The notes beneath the pieces are model-generated. The model was not told where the DNA came from. It saw nothing but the letters and a program-made list of their open reading frames with translations, and searched no databases. A DNA stretch of 64,000 nt from Minisyncoccota bacterium (lineage in GTDB: Bacteria; Patescibacteriota; Minisyncoccia; Phycocordibacterales; SBAW01), in contig DATKGU010000001.1 in assembly GCA_035510635.1 (NCBI GenBank), forward strand, positions 649-64,648, read 5' to 3'. The translations under genes and the position numbers were made by a program. Positions 27,815 to 36,361 of this stretch are shown piece by piece; position 1 is the stretch's first letter; every line of letters starts with the position of its first letter.

Positions 27815-30433
27815 ATGATATATCATAGTGCGTCCAGTACTCCAACCACTCCTGCTGTTGGACCTACGAGGTCGAACACAACATCCAATTCCTCCTCCAG
27901 CAAACTCACTACCGCCTATGTCACTCATGGTGAGCTTACTGCCGCTATTCAACAAGCTATTGGTACACTCCCTGCAATCACAGGAGGTTCAGGACAATCA
28001 ACCTCTCCCTCAATTCAAGCACAGTTGGATGCCCTACAAAGGGAAGTAGCCCTTACCAACAGCATCAACAACCTTGCGCCCACTAACAATGTGGCACTTA
28101 CTATTTCTAACCCTACTATTACGGGAGGTACTATCTCCAACGCCGCACTCCAAGGAAATACCCTCTCTGCCGGAGCTGCTACCTTAGGAGCTACTACTAT
28201 TGCCGGTGGTCTTACCGCCACCGGTGGTGTCACTTTTGACAGTGCGACGACGACTAACTTCTTCACAACCACTGCAAACTCGACAAATCTTTTCACAGTC
28301 AATGCTACTACAACAAGTACCTATTCGTCACTTTACAATACTTCCAGCCTGGGTAAGGGTTACGAAATTGATGGCGGCACAGTCTTGCAAGCGAGTTCAA
28401 CGCTGTACAATTTGTCTATAGGTCACCATCTTATCGGCCTTGCTCCTTATACTTTAGTTAATAGTAATACTTTCGTTGGCGAAGGGGCGTTTGATGTCAA
28501 TAACGGAAGTACCGACAATACTGCCGTGGGCGCCAATGCACTCAATTCGCTTTCAGGTCCAAGTCCAACTAGCGGCGGAAGCAATTCGGCTTTTGGTCAG
28601 GCATCGCTCTACAAATTGACTAGTGGAGGTAATAATTCCGCTTTCGGTTCGCTTGGCATGTTTAATGCCACAAGTAGCAGCAATAACGTTGCTGTTGGTT
28701 ATGGTGCTCTTTACGGCAACGCGGGAACCGGCGGCACGTATGACGACAATACCGCTATTGGTGTGAATTCTCTTTGGTCGGAGACGACTGGTAGCTACAA
28801 CACCGCTTTGGGATACTCCAGTCTTTATGCAAACACTACAGGAGGTAGTAATGTTGCTGTCGGCGCACCGGCCCTTCAGGCAAACACGACGGGTAGCCAC
28901 AATATTGCGGTAGGGATTGCTCTCCCATCAAATATCAGTGGTTCACAAAATGTCGCTATTGGTGATAATGCATTAAATAATTCTACTGCATCTTCGTACA
29001 ACACCGCCGTCGGCGTTAGTTCTTTGTATTCTGACACAAGCGGTCAGTATAATGTGGGCCAAGGCGTCCAATCTCTAAACTCTAACACGACGGGCAGCAA
29101 CAGTGCAGCCATTGGGTATCAGGCGCTCTATAACAACACTAATAGTGACCAAAATACCGCCATAGGCGCTGGAGCTGGGTACGGCAACGGTTCTTATACG
29201 AGTGGATTGAATGTTCTCATTGGGGTTAATGCAAATCGAAATGCAGCGAACAGTGCGAATTACAACACGTTTGTGGGCTACGCAGCTGGATATAACAATC
29301 AAGCTCAAGGTAATACAGGACTCGGGTATCAGGCTGGCTACGATATCACCACAGGTTATTACAATCTTGTTCTCGGTTATTATCCGACCACTGGAGTCGG
29401 GCTTACAAGTGGAAACAACAATATACTTTTTGGCTATGATGTAAGACCTGTCTCGCGGGGTGGTAGCAATCAGCTCAATATAGGCAATCTCATCTTTGGA
29501 ACTGGATTGGGTTCAGGTACGACTCTCTCAACAGGTAGCCTAGGCATCGGCACCACCTCACCCGCTACACTCCTCGAACTTGGTGGTAGTACTGCTAATC
29601 TCACTATGGATGGTTACAAGAATTGCACAGGCTTTACCTCCAACGCCAACGGCCTCGTGGCTTGCACTGCGTCAGACCAACGGTTGAAACAGGGCATTAC
29701 GCCGCTTGATGCCTCAAGCACTCTATCGGCAATTAACGCACTCACCCCCGTGTCCTTCTTCTGGAGGCCAGAGACAGACAGAGGCACACAACAGCAGTAC
29801 GGTCTCATCGCTCAAGCAGTACAACAAATCTTCCCTAATCTTGTTTCTACGAGCTCACCAACAGACTTAACTCCTGATGGCACGCTTACCGTTAACTACG
29901 ACGGCCTCATTGCGCCGATAATTATTGCAATCCAAACACTCAGCAGGGAAGTTGCTTCCCTTACAGCAACCGTGGCGGGGTTTGCAGAAAGTTTTACGAC
30001 GAAAGTTATTAATTCTCAAAAAGATAATACCCAGCAGCTTTGTATCTCCGACGGTCCCAGTGACTCCAATCCTCTGTGTATTACTAAATCACAACTCGCT
30101 AATATTCTCTCTGGTCAATCATCCCCATCGGTCCAAGTGAGCCAATCAACCACCCCCGTCGTCTCCACCTCAACCCCTCCCACCATCAATATCCAAGGTC
30201 AAAACCCTGCCACCATCCACATCGGCGACACCTACACCGACTTGGGTGCCATAGTCACCGACAACCAAGGCCACAACTTGGGTTACACCACCTACCTTAA
30301 CGGTGTGTTAGTTTCTACACTCAGCATTGATACAAGCACCACAACAACCGACACAATAGACTACGTAGCCACTGACACCTGGGGGAATACGAGTACGTCA
30401 ACCCGAACGGTAGTCATAGAAACAGCAAACTAA
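27815..30433 (+). CDS. tail-fibre-like surface protein paralog (872 aa from ATG 27815): repeat region, peptidase S74 intramolecular chaperone domain, C-terminal Ig-like domain
   Basis: NTAVG/NVAVG-type repeats. SDQRLKQGITPLD...YGLIAQAVQQIFPNLV S74 signature. C-terminal IQGQNPATIHIGDTYTDLGAIVTDNQGH...VATDTWGNT near-identical to 7268-10591. Frame is open upstream to 27584 with no in-frame ATG. Confidence 0.8.
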   Translation: MIYHSASSTPTTPAVGPTRSNTTSNSSSSKLTTAYVTHGELTAAIQQAIGTLPAITGGSGQSTSPSIQAQLDALQREVALTNSINNLAPTNNVALTISNPTITGGTISNAALQGNTLSAGAATLGATTIAGGLTATGGVTFDSATTTNFFTTTANSTNLFTVNATTTSTYSSLYNTSSLGKGYEIDGGTVLQASSTLYNLSIGHHLIGLAPYTLVNSNTFVGEGAFDVNNGSTDNTAVGANALNSLSGPSPTSGGSNSAFGQASLYKLTSGGNNSAFGSLGMFNATSSSNNVAVGYGALYGNAGTGGTYDDNTAIGVNSLWSETTGSYNTALGYSSLYANTTGGSNVAVGAPALQANTTGSHNIAVGIALPSNISGSQNVAIGDNALNNSTASSYNTAVGVSSLYSDTSGQYNVGQGVQSLNSNTTGSNSAAIGYQALYNNTNSDQNTAIGAGAGYGNGSYTSGLNVLIGVNANRNAANSANYNTFVGYAAGYNNQAQGNTGLGYQAGYDITTGYYNLVLGYYPTTGVGLTSGNNNILFGYDVRPVSRGGSNQLNIGNLIFGTGLGSGTTLSTGSLGIGTTSPATLLELGGSTANLTMDGYKNCTGFTSNANGLVACTASDQRLKQGITPLDASSTLSAINALTPVSFFWRPETDRGTQQQYGLIAQAVQQIFPNLVSTSSPTDLTPDGTLTVNYDGLIAPIIIAIQTLSREVASLTATVAGFAESFTTKVINSQKDNTQQLCISDGPSDSNPLCITKSQLANILSGQSSPSVQVSQSTTPVVSTSTPPTINIQGQNPATIHIGDTYTDLGAIVTDNQGHNLGYTTYLNGVLVSTLSIDTSTTTTDTIDYVATDTWGNTSTSTRTVVIETAN

Positions 30434-30437
30434 AATA

Positions 30438-30505
30438 TCAAGGACGGTCCTTGAAAAATCCGTGGTGTTGCCACGGATTTTCAAAAACACGGTTTGTGGT
30501 ATACT
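30438..30505 (+). promoter_or_regulatory. two palindromes (tcaaggac-g-gtccttga; aaaaatccgtgg-N5-ccacggattttt) overlapping a TATACT -10 upstream of hicB
   Basis: Perfect inverted repeats directly after the stop of the surface-protein gene. -10 tatact at 30500-30505 with ATG at 30512, so likely leaderless and autoregulated. Confidence 0.5.
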
Positions 30506-30511
30506 ACCCGC

Positions 30512-30721
30512 ATGTATACAGCTGTGTACGAAAAGGTCCCGCAAGGGTATATTGCATGGCTCGAGGAAATCCCGGGAGTGTTAACGCAGGGCAAAACCAA
30601 GCGCCAAACAGAAGAAAACCTTAAAGACGCGTTTAAAGAGTTTATGCTCGCTCAACGCACGCTCACACACAAAGAAACACGCGGTAAAGACATCACTCGG
30701 GAGCGTTTTGTTTGCGCATAG
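30512..30721 (+). CDS. hicB: HicB-family antitoxin (UPF0150 fold)
   Basis: MYTAVYEKVPQGYIAWLEEIPGVLTQGKTKRQTEENLKDAFKEFML matches the HicB N-terminal domain pattern. Overlaps hicA. Confidence 0.7.
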   Translation: MYTAVYEKVPQGYIAWLEEIPGVLTQGKTKRQTEENLKDAFKEFMLAQRTLTHKETRGKDITRERFVCA

Positions 30722-30726
30722 CAACG

Positions 30727-30921
30727 ATGAAACGCCGTGACTTTGAAAGTCATTTGCAGTTGCACAAATGCGATTTAGTGCGCGAAGGCGCTAAACACTC
30801 GGTGTATAAAAACTTTCAAACAGGGAGCAGTTCAACGGTGCCCCGGCATGCGGAGATTTGGCCGGACATGGTCAAAAAAATCTGTAAACAGCTTGGCATT
30901 CCAGTGCCCAAGGGCAAGTAA
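30727..30921 (+). CDS. hicA: HicA-family mRNA interferase toxin
   Basis: GAKHSVY...TVPRH...ICKQLGI matches HicA/YcfA motifs. Confidence 0.7.
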   Translation: MKRRDFESHLQLHKCDLVREGAKHSVYKNFQTGSSSTVPRHAEIWPDMVKKICKQLGIPVPKGK

Positions 30922-30931
30922 GGCATCTCAA

Positions 30932-30962
30932 TAAAAAACTCCGGCATGTGCCGGAGTTTTTT
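30932..30962. terminator. bidirectional terminator aaaaaactccggcatgtgccggagttttttt
   Basis: Stem ctccggca/tgccggag flanked by A and T runs. Serves hicBA (+) and rplT (-). Confidence 0.7.
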
Positions 30963-30975
30963 TGTTTGAAATTTG

Positions 30976-31329
30976 TTAGGAAACTTTGGAGACTACTCTT
31001 GCAAAGGTCTCGGGGGACTTGGCTGCGAGCTCGGAGAGCATTTTGCGGTTTATAAGGACGCCTTGTTTCTTGAGTGCGCCTATAAACTTGCTGTAGGAGA
31101 GTATACCTTCGCCGACATTGTCGAGACCGGCGTTGATGCGGACGTTCCACAAACGGCGAAAGTCGTTTTTCTTGTCGCGGCGGTGCGCAAAGGCGCTTTT
31201 GCCGGCATGAAAGACCGCCTCTTTTGCCGCGCGCTCCTTTTTGCTGCGGGCAAAGCGATAGCCTTTGACCGTTTTAAGGACATTGCGGCGGCGCTTGAGC
31301 GAATTGACTCCTCCTTTTACTCTGGACAT
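30976..31329 (-). CDS. rplT: 50S ribosomal protein L20
   Basis: L20 family sequence. Confidence 0.93.
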   Translation of the reverse strand: MSRVKGGVNSLKRRRNVLKTVKGYRFARSKKERAAKEAVFHAGKSAFAHRRDKKNDFRRLWNVRINAGLDNVGEGILSYSKFIGALKKQGVLINRKMLSELAAKSPETFARVVSKVS

Positions 31330-31529
31330 AGATTAATTCTTTGACTTTGCAGCCGTTTAAAGCGCTGGGATACTTTGGGGGTAACCTTGTAGTTTTGCGT
31401 GCGGTTGGTGCCCATTTGCGTGCGGCGGCTCTCCTTAGCATTAAAATGGTCTTGACCTGGGCGGCGCGCGGTAAGCTTGCCGTTTTTGCTGATTTTGAGG
31501 CGCTTGGTAAATGATTTGTTGGTTTTCAT
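31317..31529 (-). CDS. rpmI: 50S ribosomal protein L35
   Basis: Basic 70 aa protein between infC and rplT, L35-like. Confidence 0.85.
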   Translation of the reverse strand: MKTNKSFTKRLKISKNGKLTARRPGQDHFNAKESRRTQMGTNRTQNYKVTPKVSQRFKRLQSQRINLCPE

Positions 31530-31566
31530 GGTGTTCTTTTTTATTGTCTTCCTCGCAGGCTCGGAA

Positions 31567-32088
31567 TTACGCTGCTTTCTTTCCTACTTTTTCTATCACC
31601 GTGCTCAAGCCCTTGGGGCTCTTGCTGATAGGCTCGCCCTGCTTAAACTCGGCCGGGATAAGCTTGAGAAACCGCTCGAGCCGCTCCTTTAAAAAGGCAA
31701 ATTCCATGTACTTGTAGCGCCCCCACAAAAAGAGGTCTACTTTAACACGGTGCCCCTCACCGAGCCACTCTGCGGCCCGCTTGGCCTTAAGGGCCATATC
31801 GTTGTCGCCGGTGCCTATTTTTACCTGGACGGACTTCGTTTCGGTGGTGTGCGATTTAGCCTTTATTTCACGGCGTTTCTTCTCCTGCTCGTAGGAGAAT
31901 TTACCATATTCCATGATTTTTGCAACCGGCGGGACGGCGTTGGGCGATATCTCGATAAGGTCGAGGCCGAGCTCTTCGGCGCGCGCCAAAGCATCAGAAA
32001 GGCTTATGACGCCTATATTTTCCCCTTCGGGGCCGATAACGCGCACCTCGGCGGCGCGTATCTGATGATTGATGCGAGTAGTATCCAA
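31567..32088 (-). CDS. infC: translation initiation factor IF-3
   Basis: IF3 N- and C-domain sequence (INHQIRAAEVRVIG...). Confidence 0.92.
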   Translation of the reverse strand: MDTTRINHQIRAAEVRVIGPEGENIGVISLSDALARAEELGLDLIEISPNAVPPVAKIMEYGKFSYEQEKKRREIKAKSHTTETKSVQVKIGTGDNDMALKAKRAAEWLGEGHRVKVDLFLWGRYKYMEFAFLKERLERFLKLIPAEFKQGEPISKSPKGLSTVIEKVGKKAA

Positions 32089-32141
32089 AGCGTTTGTGGG
32101 CTTTAGTATAACACCCTTATCTGTTTTTGGTAAGAGTGTAT

Positions 32142-33284
32142 CTAGTTGTGGTGCAAACCTCTAAGGAGCGCACTGCAGTCGGCTATAAGGTTTAAGATGG
32201 TGGGTTTGTTGGGCAGCGTCTTGTCTTTTGCGATAGTCGTGAGCACCGACACGATGTCGATGAGACAGCTATTGGTTGATTTGACCACAAAAAAGGTAAC
32301 GGTCGAAGTTGCGGTGTTGCCGTAGCTGTCGGTGGCAACAACCGATGCTTTGCTTACGGTGGGCGCCGAGCTAAGCGGAAGCGGCGCAGCCGGATTTATC
32401 ACTGTACCATTAAGCCAATAGACCACATGTGCAATAGGCGACTGGTCGGTAACGGTTGCGGTCAAAAACACCGTGTTGGTTTTAGCATACAAGCTATATT
32501 GGAGCGGAGAGGTGATAGTGACACTCGGCGGTGTTGTATCAACTACGGGCGCCGGCGTGATAGTGAGCGTGCCTGGTACAAAGGTAAATGCGTAGTTGTT
32601 TGCGGAGACCAACGTGCCTGCCGTGCAGGTGATAGGGTAGGTGCCCAGCGTGCTCGCGCTGGTGGCGGTGGTCGTACATTGCGCCGAGCCGGTTACGTCA
32701 TTGGAGCTTGCGGTGTCGGGTGCCACAAAACCGCTCAGCGTTGAGGTAAATGTTGGGAGAGATGCGCCTTGCACCATGCTTTGATTGTCAGCGGTCACGG
32801 TAAGAGAAAAACGCGGCCACTGCCAGGGAATCGTGGTGAGGTCGGGCGAGGTAGTGCCTTGGCCTGTTGTAAGGTAGGTATCAGTTACGAGTGCATCACT
32901 TAACGTTGACCCTGAGTATGCGGCAGCAAAATATGTATCGCCGGGATTTGGTGTGCCAAAAGAGTTGGGGTAAGAGATAAAAGAAAAGTACGGACTCCCT
33001 TGGACAAACCCAACATTAACCTCTGTTGCGTTGCCGATGGTGCCTTTGTAAATGCCAATCACTTTGTAGCTGCCGGTTTGAGGGATGGTGTACGTGCAGG
33101 TGCCGCCGTTTGTTGGCGCGTACGAGCCGCCTACTACAAAAGGCGCGGTGTACGGATCGCACGTGACACTAAACGGGAGAGGAGTTGTCGAAGGATTTGG
33201 AGCGCTTGCAACACTTGCCCATGCCACCGGACTTCCGATAAAGAGTAGTGCAACCAGAGCAACCACATATCCTGTGTATTTCAT
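32142..33284 (-). CDS. secreted protein with C-terminal Ig-like (DUF5011-like) domain
   Basis: Signal peptide MKYTGYVVALVALLFIGSPVAWA. C-terminal VATDSYGNTATSTVTF resembles the VATDTWGNTATSTRTV segment of the tail-fibre-like proteins. Confidence 0.6.
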   Translation of the reverse strand: MKYTGYVVALVALLFIGSPVAWASVASAPNPSTTPLPFSVTCDPYTAPFVVGGSYAPTNGGTCTYTIPQTGSYKVIGIYKGTIGNATEVNVGFVQGSPYFSFISYPNSFGTPNPGDTYFAAAYSGSTLSDALVTDTYLTTGQGTTSPDLTTIPWQWPRFSLTVTADNQSMVQGASLPTFTSTLSGFVAPDTASSNDVTGSAQCTTTATSASTLGTYPITCTAGTLVSANNYAFTFVPGTLTITPAPVVDTTPPSVTITSPLQYSLYAKTNTVFLTATVTDQSPIAHVVYWLNGTVINPAAPLPLSSAPTVSKASVVATDSYGNTATSTVTFFVVKSTNSCLIDIVSVLTTIAKDKTLPNKPTILNLIADCSALLRGLHHN

Positions 33285-33356
33285 ATGATTTTAAGGTACC
33301 ACAAGTGACAATACTATGCGGGCAACTTTTGCACAGGTTCATCCGTAAGATATAGT

Positions 33357-34262
33357 ATGCAGCGATATCTCAGATATCTGGCAGCCGGTTTGACGCTCTC
33401 TGCGAGCTTGCTGGTGTGTCAGCCGGCCTATGCGGCAACGATACCCGGCCAGCAGTTAAACGTGCCGCAAGGCACCGCTTCGCTCAATTGGGCTGGATAC
33501 GTCGCTCAAAACTCAGGCACCTATACGAGCGTAACCGGTACGTGGACTATTCCTGCAGTGCCCGCAAACCCTTCGGGCGCGGCCGACGCCACATGGGTTG
33601 GTATCGGCGGGGTCCAAACGCACGATTTGATACAAGCAGGCACGCAAGCGCTGATAAACAGCAACGGCACCGTTACCTACACTGCGTGGGTTGAAACACT
33701 CCCCGGATACTCTCAAACGGTTTCTCTAGCTGTCGCAAGCGGCGACTCTATCACGGCAACGCTCAGCCAAGTGTCGCAGGATGTTTGGAGTGTTGTTATA
33801 AAAGACAACACCAGCGGGCAGAGTTATAGTGCGACGCTCAATTATGATTCGTCGCTTTCATCGGCCGAGTGGGTGGAGGAGATGGTCAGCAATCAAAACG
33901 GCGCGTTTATATCGCTCGACTCGTTTGGTATGGTCGGATTTACCGGCGCGAGCGCCACGGTTAATGGCACGAGTGAAAATCTTGCGGAGCTTAATGCGCA
34001 GCCGCTCCCGATGGTTAACAGTGCGGGCTCCATATTGGCAAGTGTCTCTGCGCTCGGCAGCGATGGCGCAAGTTTTAGCGTTACGCGCACAAGTGCCTCG
34101 CCAAGCGCGAGCGTGCCGCGCGGCACTGTAGGCCGCTGGCATGTCATACAAACGGCCACCTCAACACCGGGCGCCGACCCCGGCTTTACCTTTGTGCGCC
34201 GCTTGCGTGCGCAGACAGACGGCCGTCATATTGGGTTTAGCTTTGTGCTGATGCGATTTTAA
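33357..34262 (+). CDS. secreted peptidase G1 (eqolisin/scytalidoglutamic peptidase) family protein
   Basis: Signal peptide. NWAGY, WVGIGG, LIQAGTQ (catalytic Gln region), AEWVEEM (catalytic Glu region) conserved blocks. Confidence 0.7.
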   Translation: MQRYLRYLAAGLTLSASLLVCQPAYAATIPGQQLNVPQGTASLNWAGYVAQNSGTYTSVTGTWTIPAVPANPSGAADATWVGIGGVQTHDLIQAGTQALINSNGTVTYTAWVETLPGYSQTVSLAVASGDSITATLSQVSQDVWSVVIKDNTSGQSYSATLNYDSSLSSAEWVEEMVSNQNGAFISLDSFGMVGFTGASATVNGTSENLAELNAQPLPMVNSAGSILASVSALGSDGASFSVTRTSASPSASVPRGTVGRWHVIQTATSTPGADPGFTFVRRLRAQTDGRHIGFSFVLMRF

Positions 34263-34489
34263 AACAAAGAGGGAAGGCCAAACGACAGCAGTGTGGTGAT
34301 AAACATAAAAAATAAAAAAGTGAGTGCGCCGGTTTGAAAGGCCTGTATAAGCGGCTTTCTCTTTTCGGCATAATGGCGCGACATTTCCATGTAGTTGATA
34401 AGAAAAGCCACCAATCCTGCGAGGGTAGAAAAGACCGATCCCCACACCAAGAGGAAGGAAAAGAGCATACCTCTAAGTATTGCACACAT
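34259..34489 (-). CDS. possible small two-TM membrane protein (76 aa)
   Basis: Two hydrophobic helices. Sits in an otherwise gene-free gap. Weak. Confidence 0.3.
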   Translation of the reverse strand: MCAILRGMLFSFLLVWGSVFSTLAGLVAFLINYMEMSRHYAEKRKPLIQAFQTGALTFLFFMFITTLLSFGLPSLF

Positions 34490-34561
34490 TACATGATGTT
34501 TTCATGTGCTCCTGATTAAGTTCGCGCTATACTAGTGTAGTAAAACGCATGTAATTATTAG

Positions 34562-34930
34562 TTGTTTATAAAAATAATGGCAAAAGATATGGACAAAGAG
34601 CACGGCGAGGGGTGCACGTGTGGGTGCCAAAATGGGATGTGCGGATGTCATGGAGGCATGTGCGGAGGCTTGTGGGGTCACTATCACTGGGGCCACATGA
34701 TTATCAAGCTTTTTATCGTATTGTTTATATTTTGGGCGGGCATGCAGTTTGGCGAGCTTAAAGCTGCTGTCGACAACTTTGAGGGCGGCGGCATGGGCTA
34801 CGGTCATAGTTCCTACTATCTCAATGGTGCGCAGGGCGACATGATGGGCGGTCGGACTACGTCTGCGATGCCTGCTCAGGGCGTCACCGTACAAATGATG
34901 CGCGTCGCCACCGACACTCCCCGCCAATAA
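34562..34930 (+). CDS. Cys/His/Met/Gly-rich small membrane protein, putative metal-binding
   Basis: CTCGCQNGMCGCHGGMCGG...HYHWGH followed by a TM helix and GGGMGYGH/MMGG repeats. Sits immediately upstream of the flavin module. Confidence 0.5.
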   Translation: MFIKIMAKDMDKEHGEGCTCGCQNGMCGCHGGMCGGLWGHYHWGHMIIKLFIVLFIFWAGMQFGELKAAVDNFEGGGMGYGHSSYYLNGAQGDMMGGRTTSAMPAQGVTVQMMRVATDTPRQ

Positions 34931-35033
34931 TTTCGTACTGACCTAAATCAAAAAAACACCCGATGCGGGTGTTTTTTTGTTGAATACCTGAAACGATACT
35001 AGGTCTATAGTCGTATATACTTATATCTACGGT

Positions 35034-35618
35034 ATGAAACGGTTTGCCCTTTCGGTGTTGGTGTTTGTGGCCTCTGGGGCCTATGTGGTGTACCAATACA
35101 TGGGAGGCAGCTTTGCGAGTGCCGCTATACCTGCGCCCACCGTGGTTGCTGTACAAACCACACAACCAGTTGCCACCACGCCTGCTACGACAGTCACAAC
35201 GCAGCCAAGTACCCCCACGCAAACAACAACTCCTACTTCAACACAAACGCCAACCCCAACTCAGGTACCAACACCCACTCCTACCCCTGTGGTAACACCA
35301 ACGCCGGCTCCCGTTGTTAAACCCAAGGGTCTATATACAGACGGCACCTATACCGGCAGCACCGCCGATGCCTACTACGGCACCGTGCAAGTGCAGGTCG
35401 TTATCCAAAATGGGAAAATAGTCACGGTAAACTTTTTGCAATATCCGAGCGACCGCCGGACCTCGCAATATATCAACGCACAAGCAATGCCGCAGCTTAA
35501 GAGCGAGGCAATCGCAGCGCAGAGCGCCAACGTAAGCGGCGTCTCGGGTGCATCGGACACGAGCGCGGCTTTTATCCAATCACTTGGCGATGCGCTTACG
35601 CAGGCTAAAAACGCATAA
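35034..35618 (+). CDS. membrane-anchored FMN-binding domain protein (PT-rich linker)
   Basis: YTDGTYTGSTADAYYGTVQVQVVIQNGKIVTV matches FMN_bind (NqrC/RnfG/PplA-like). Confidence 0.75.
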   Translation: MKRFALSVLVFVASGAYVVYQYMGGSFASAAIPAPTVVAVQTTQPVATTPATTVTTQPSTPTQTTTPTSTQTPTPTQVPTPTPTPVVTPTPAPVVKPKGLYTDGTYTGSTADAYYGTVQVQVVIQNGKIVTVNFLQYPSDRRTSQYINAQAMPQLKSEAIAAQSANVSGVSGASDTSAAFIQSLGDALTQAKNA

Positions 35619-35620
35619 CT

Positions 35621-36361
35621 ATGCGAGCTACGCGGATTATCATGGCTATGCCTGTGGTTGTGGAGATAGTCGGCGGCACCGAGGCCGACCTCAACACCGT
35701 GTTTGATTATTTTACAGCGGTCGACGAGCGTTTTAGCGTCTACAAACCGCACAGTGAGATTTCAAAAATTAATCGCGGCGAGCTGCATCTCAAAGATGCA
35801 AGCAAAGAGATGCAAGAAGTGTTTGTGCTTTCCGAAAAGACCCGCGAGGAAAGCGATGGGTATTTTTCTATCACCAAACCAGACGGCACCATTGACCCTT
35901 CGGGGCTGGTGAAAGGCTGGGCGATACAAAATGCCGCGCAATTAATTGAGCACATGGGGTATCACGATTACTACGTAGAAGTTGCCGGCGATATACAAAC
36001 CAAAGGCGTTGACGAAGTGGGCCAGCCGTGGAGCATTGGCATCCGCAATCCATTTAACCGCAACGAAATTGTTAAAGTGCTCTATCCAAAAGGGAAGGGC
36101 GTTGCAACCTCGGGTACCGCTATTAGAGGACAGCATATTTATAATCCGCATGACCTTGCGCAAACCTTTGACGACGTCGTGAGCCTTACGGTTGTGGGGC
36201 CAAATATTTACGAGGCCGATAGGTTTGCCACCGCGGCGTTTGCTATGGGGCGGGGAGGTGTCACGTTTATCGAGCAGCTCCCCGCGTTTGATGGGTATAG
36301 TATTGATAGCAAAGGCATTGCAACCATGACCAGCGGCTTTGAAGCACTCACCACCCTATGA
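35621..36361 (+). CDS. ApbE-family FAD:protein FMN transferase (short form)
   Basis: IDPSGLVKGWA, VATSGT ApbE blocks. Confidence 0.75.
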   Translation: MRATRIIMAMPVVVEIVGGTEADLNTVFDYFTAVDERFSVYKPHSEISKINRGELHLKDASKEMQEVFVLSEKTREESDGYFSITKPDGTIDPSGLVKGWAIQNAAQLIEHMGYHDYYVEVAGDIQTKGVDEVGQPWSIGIRNPFNRNEIVKVLYPKGKGVATSGTAIRGQHIYNPHDLAQTFDDVVSLTVVGPNIYEADRFATAAFAMGRGGVTFIEQLPAFDGYSIDSKGIATMTSGFEALTTL

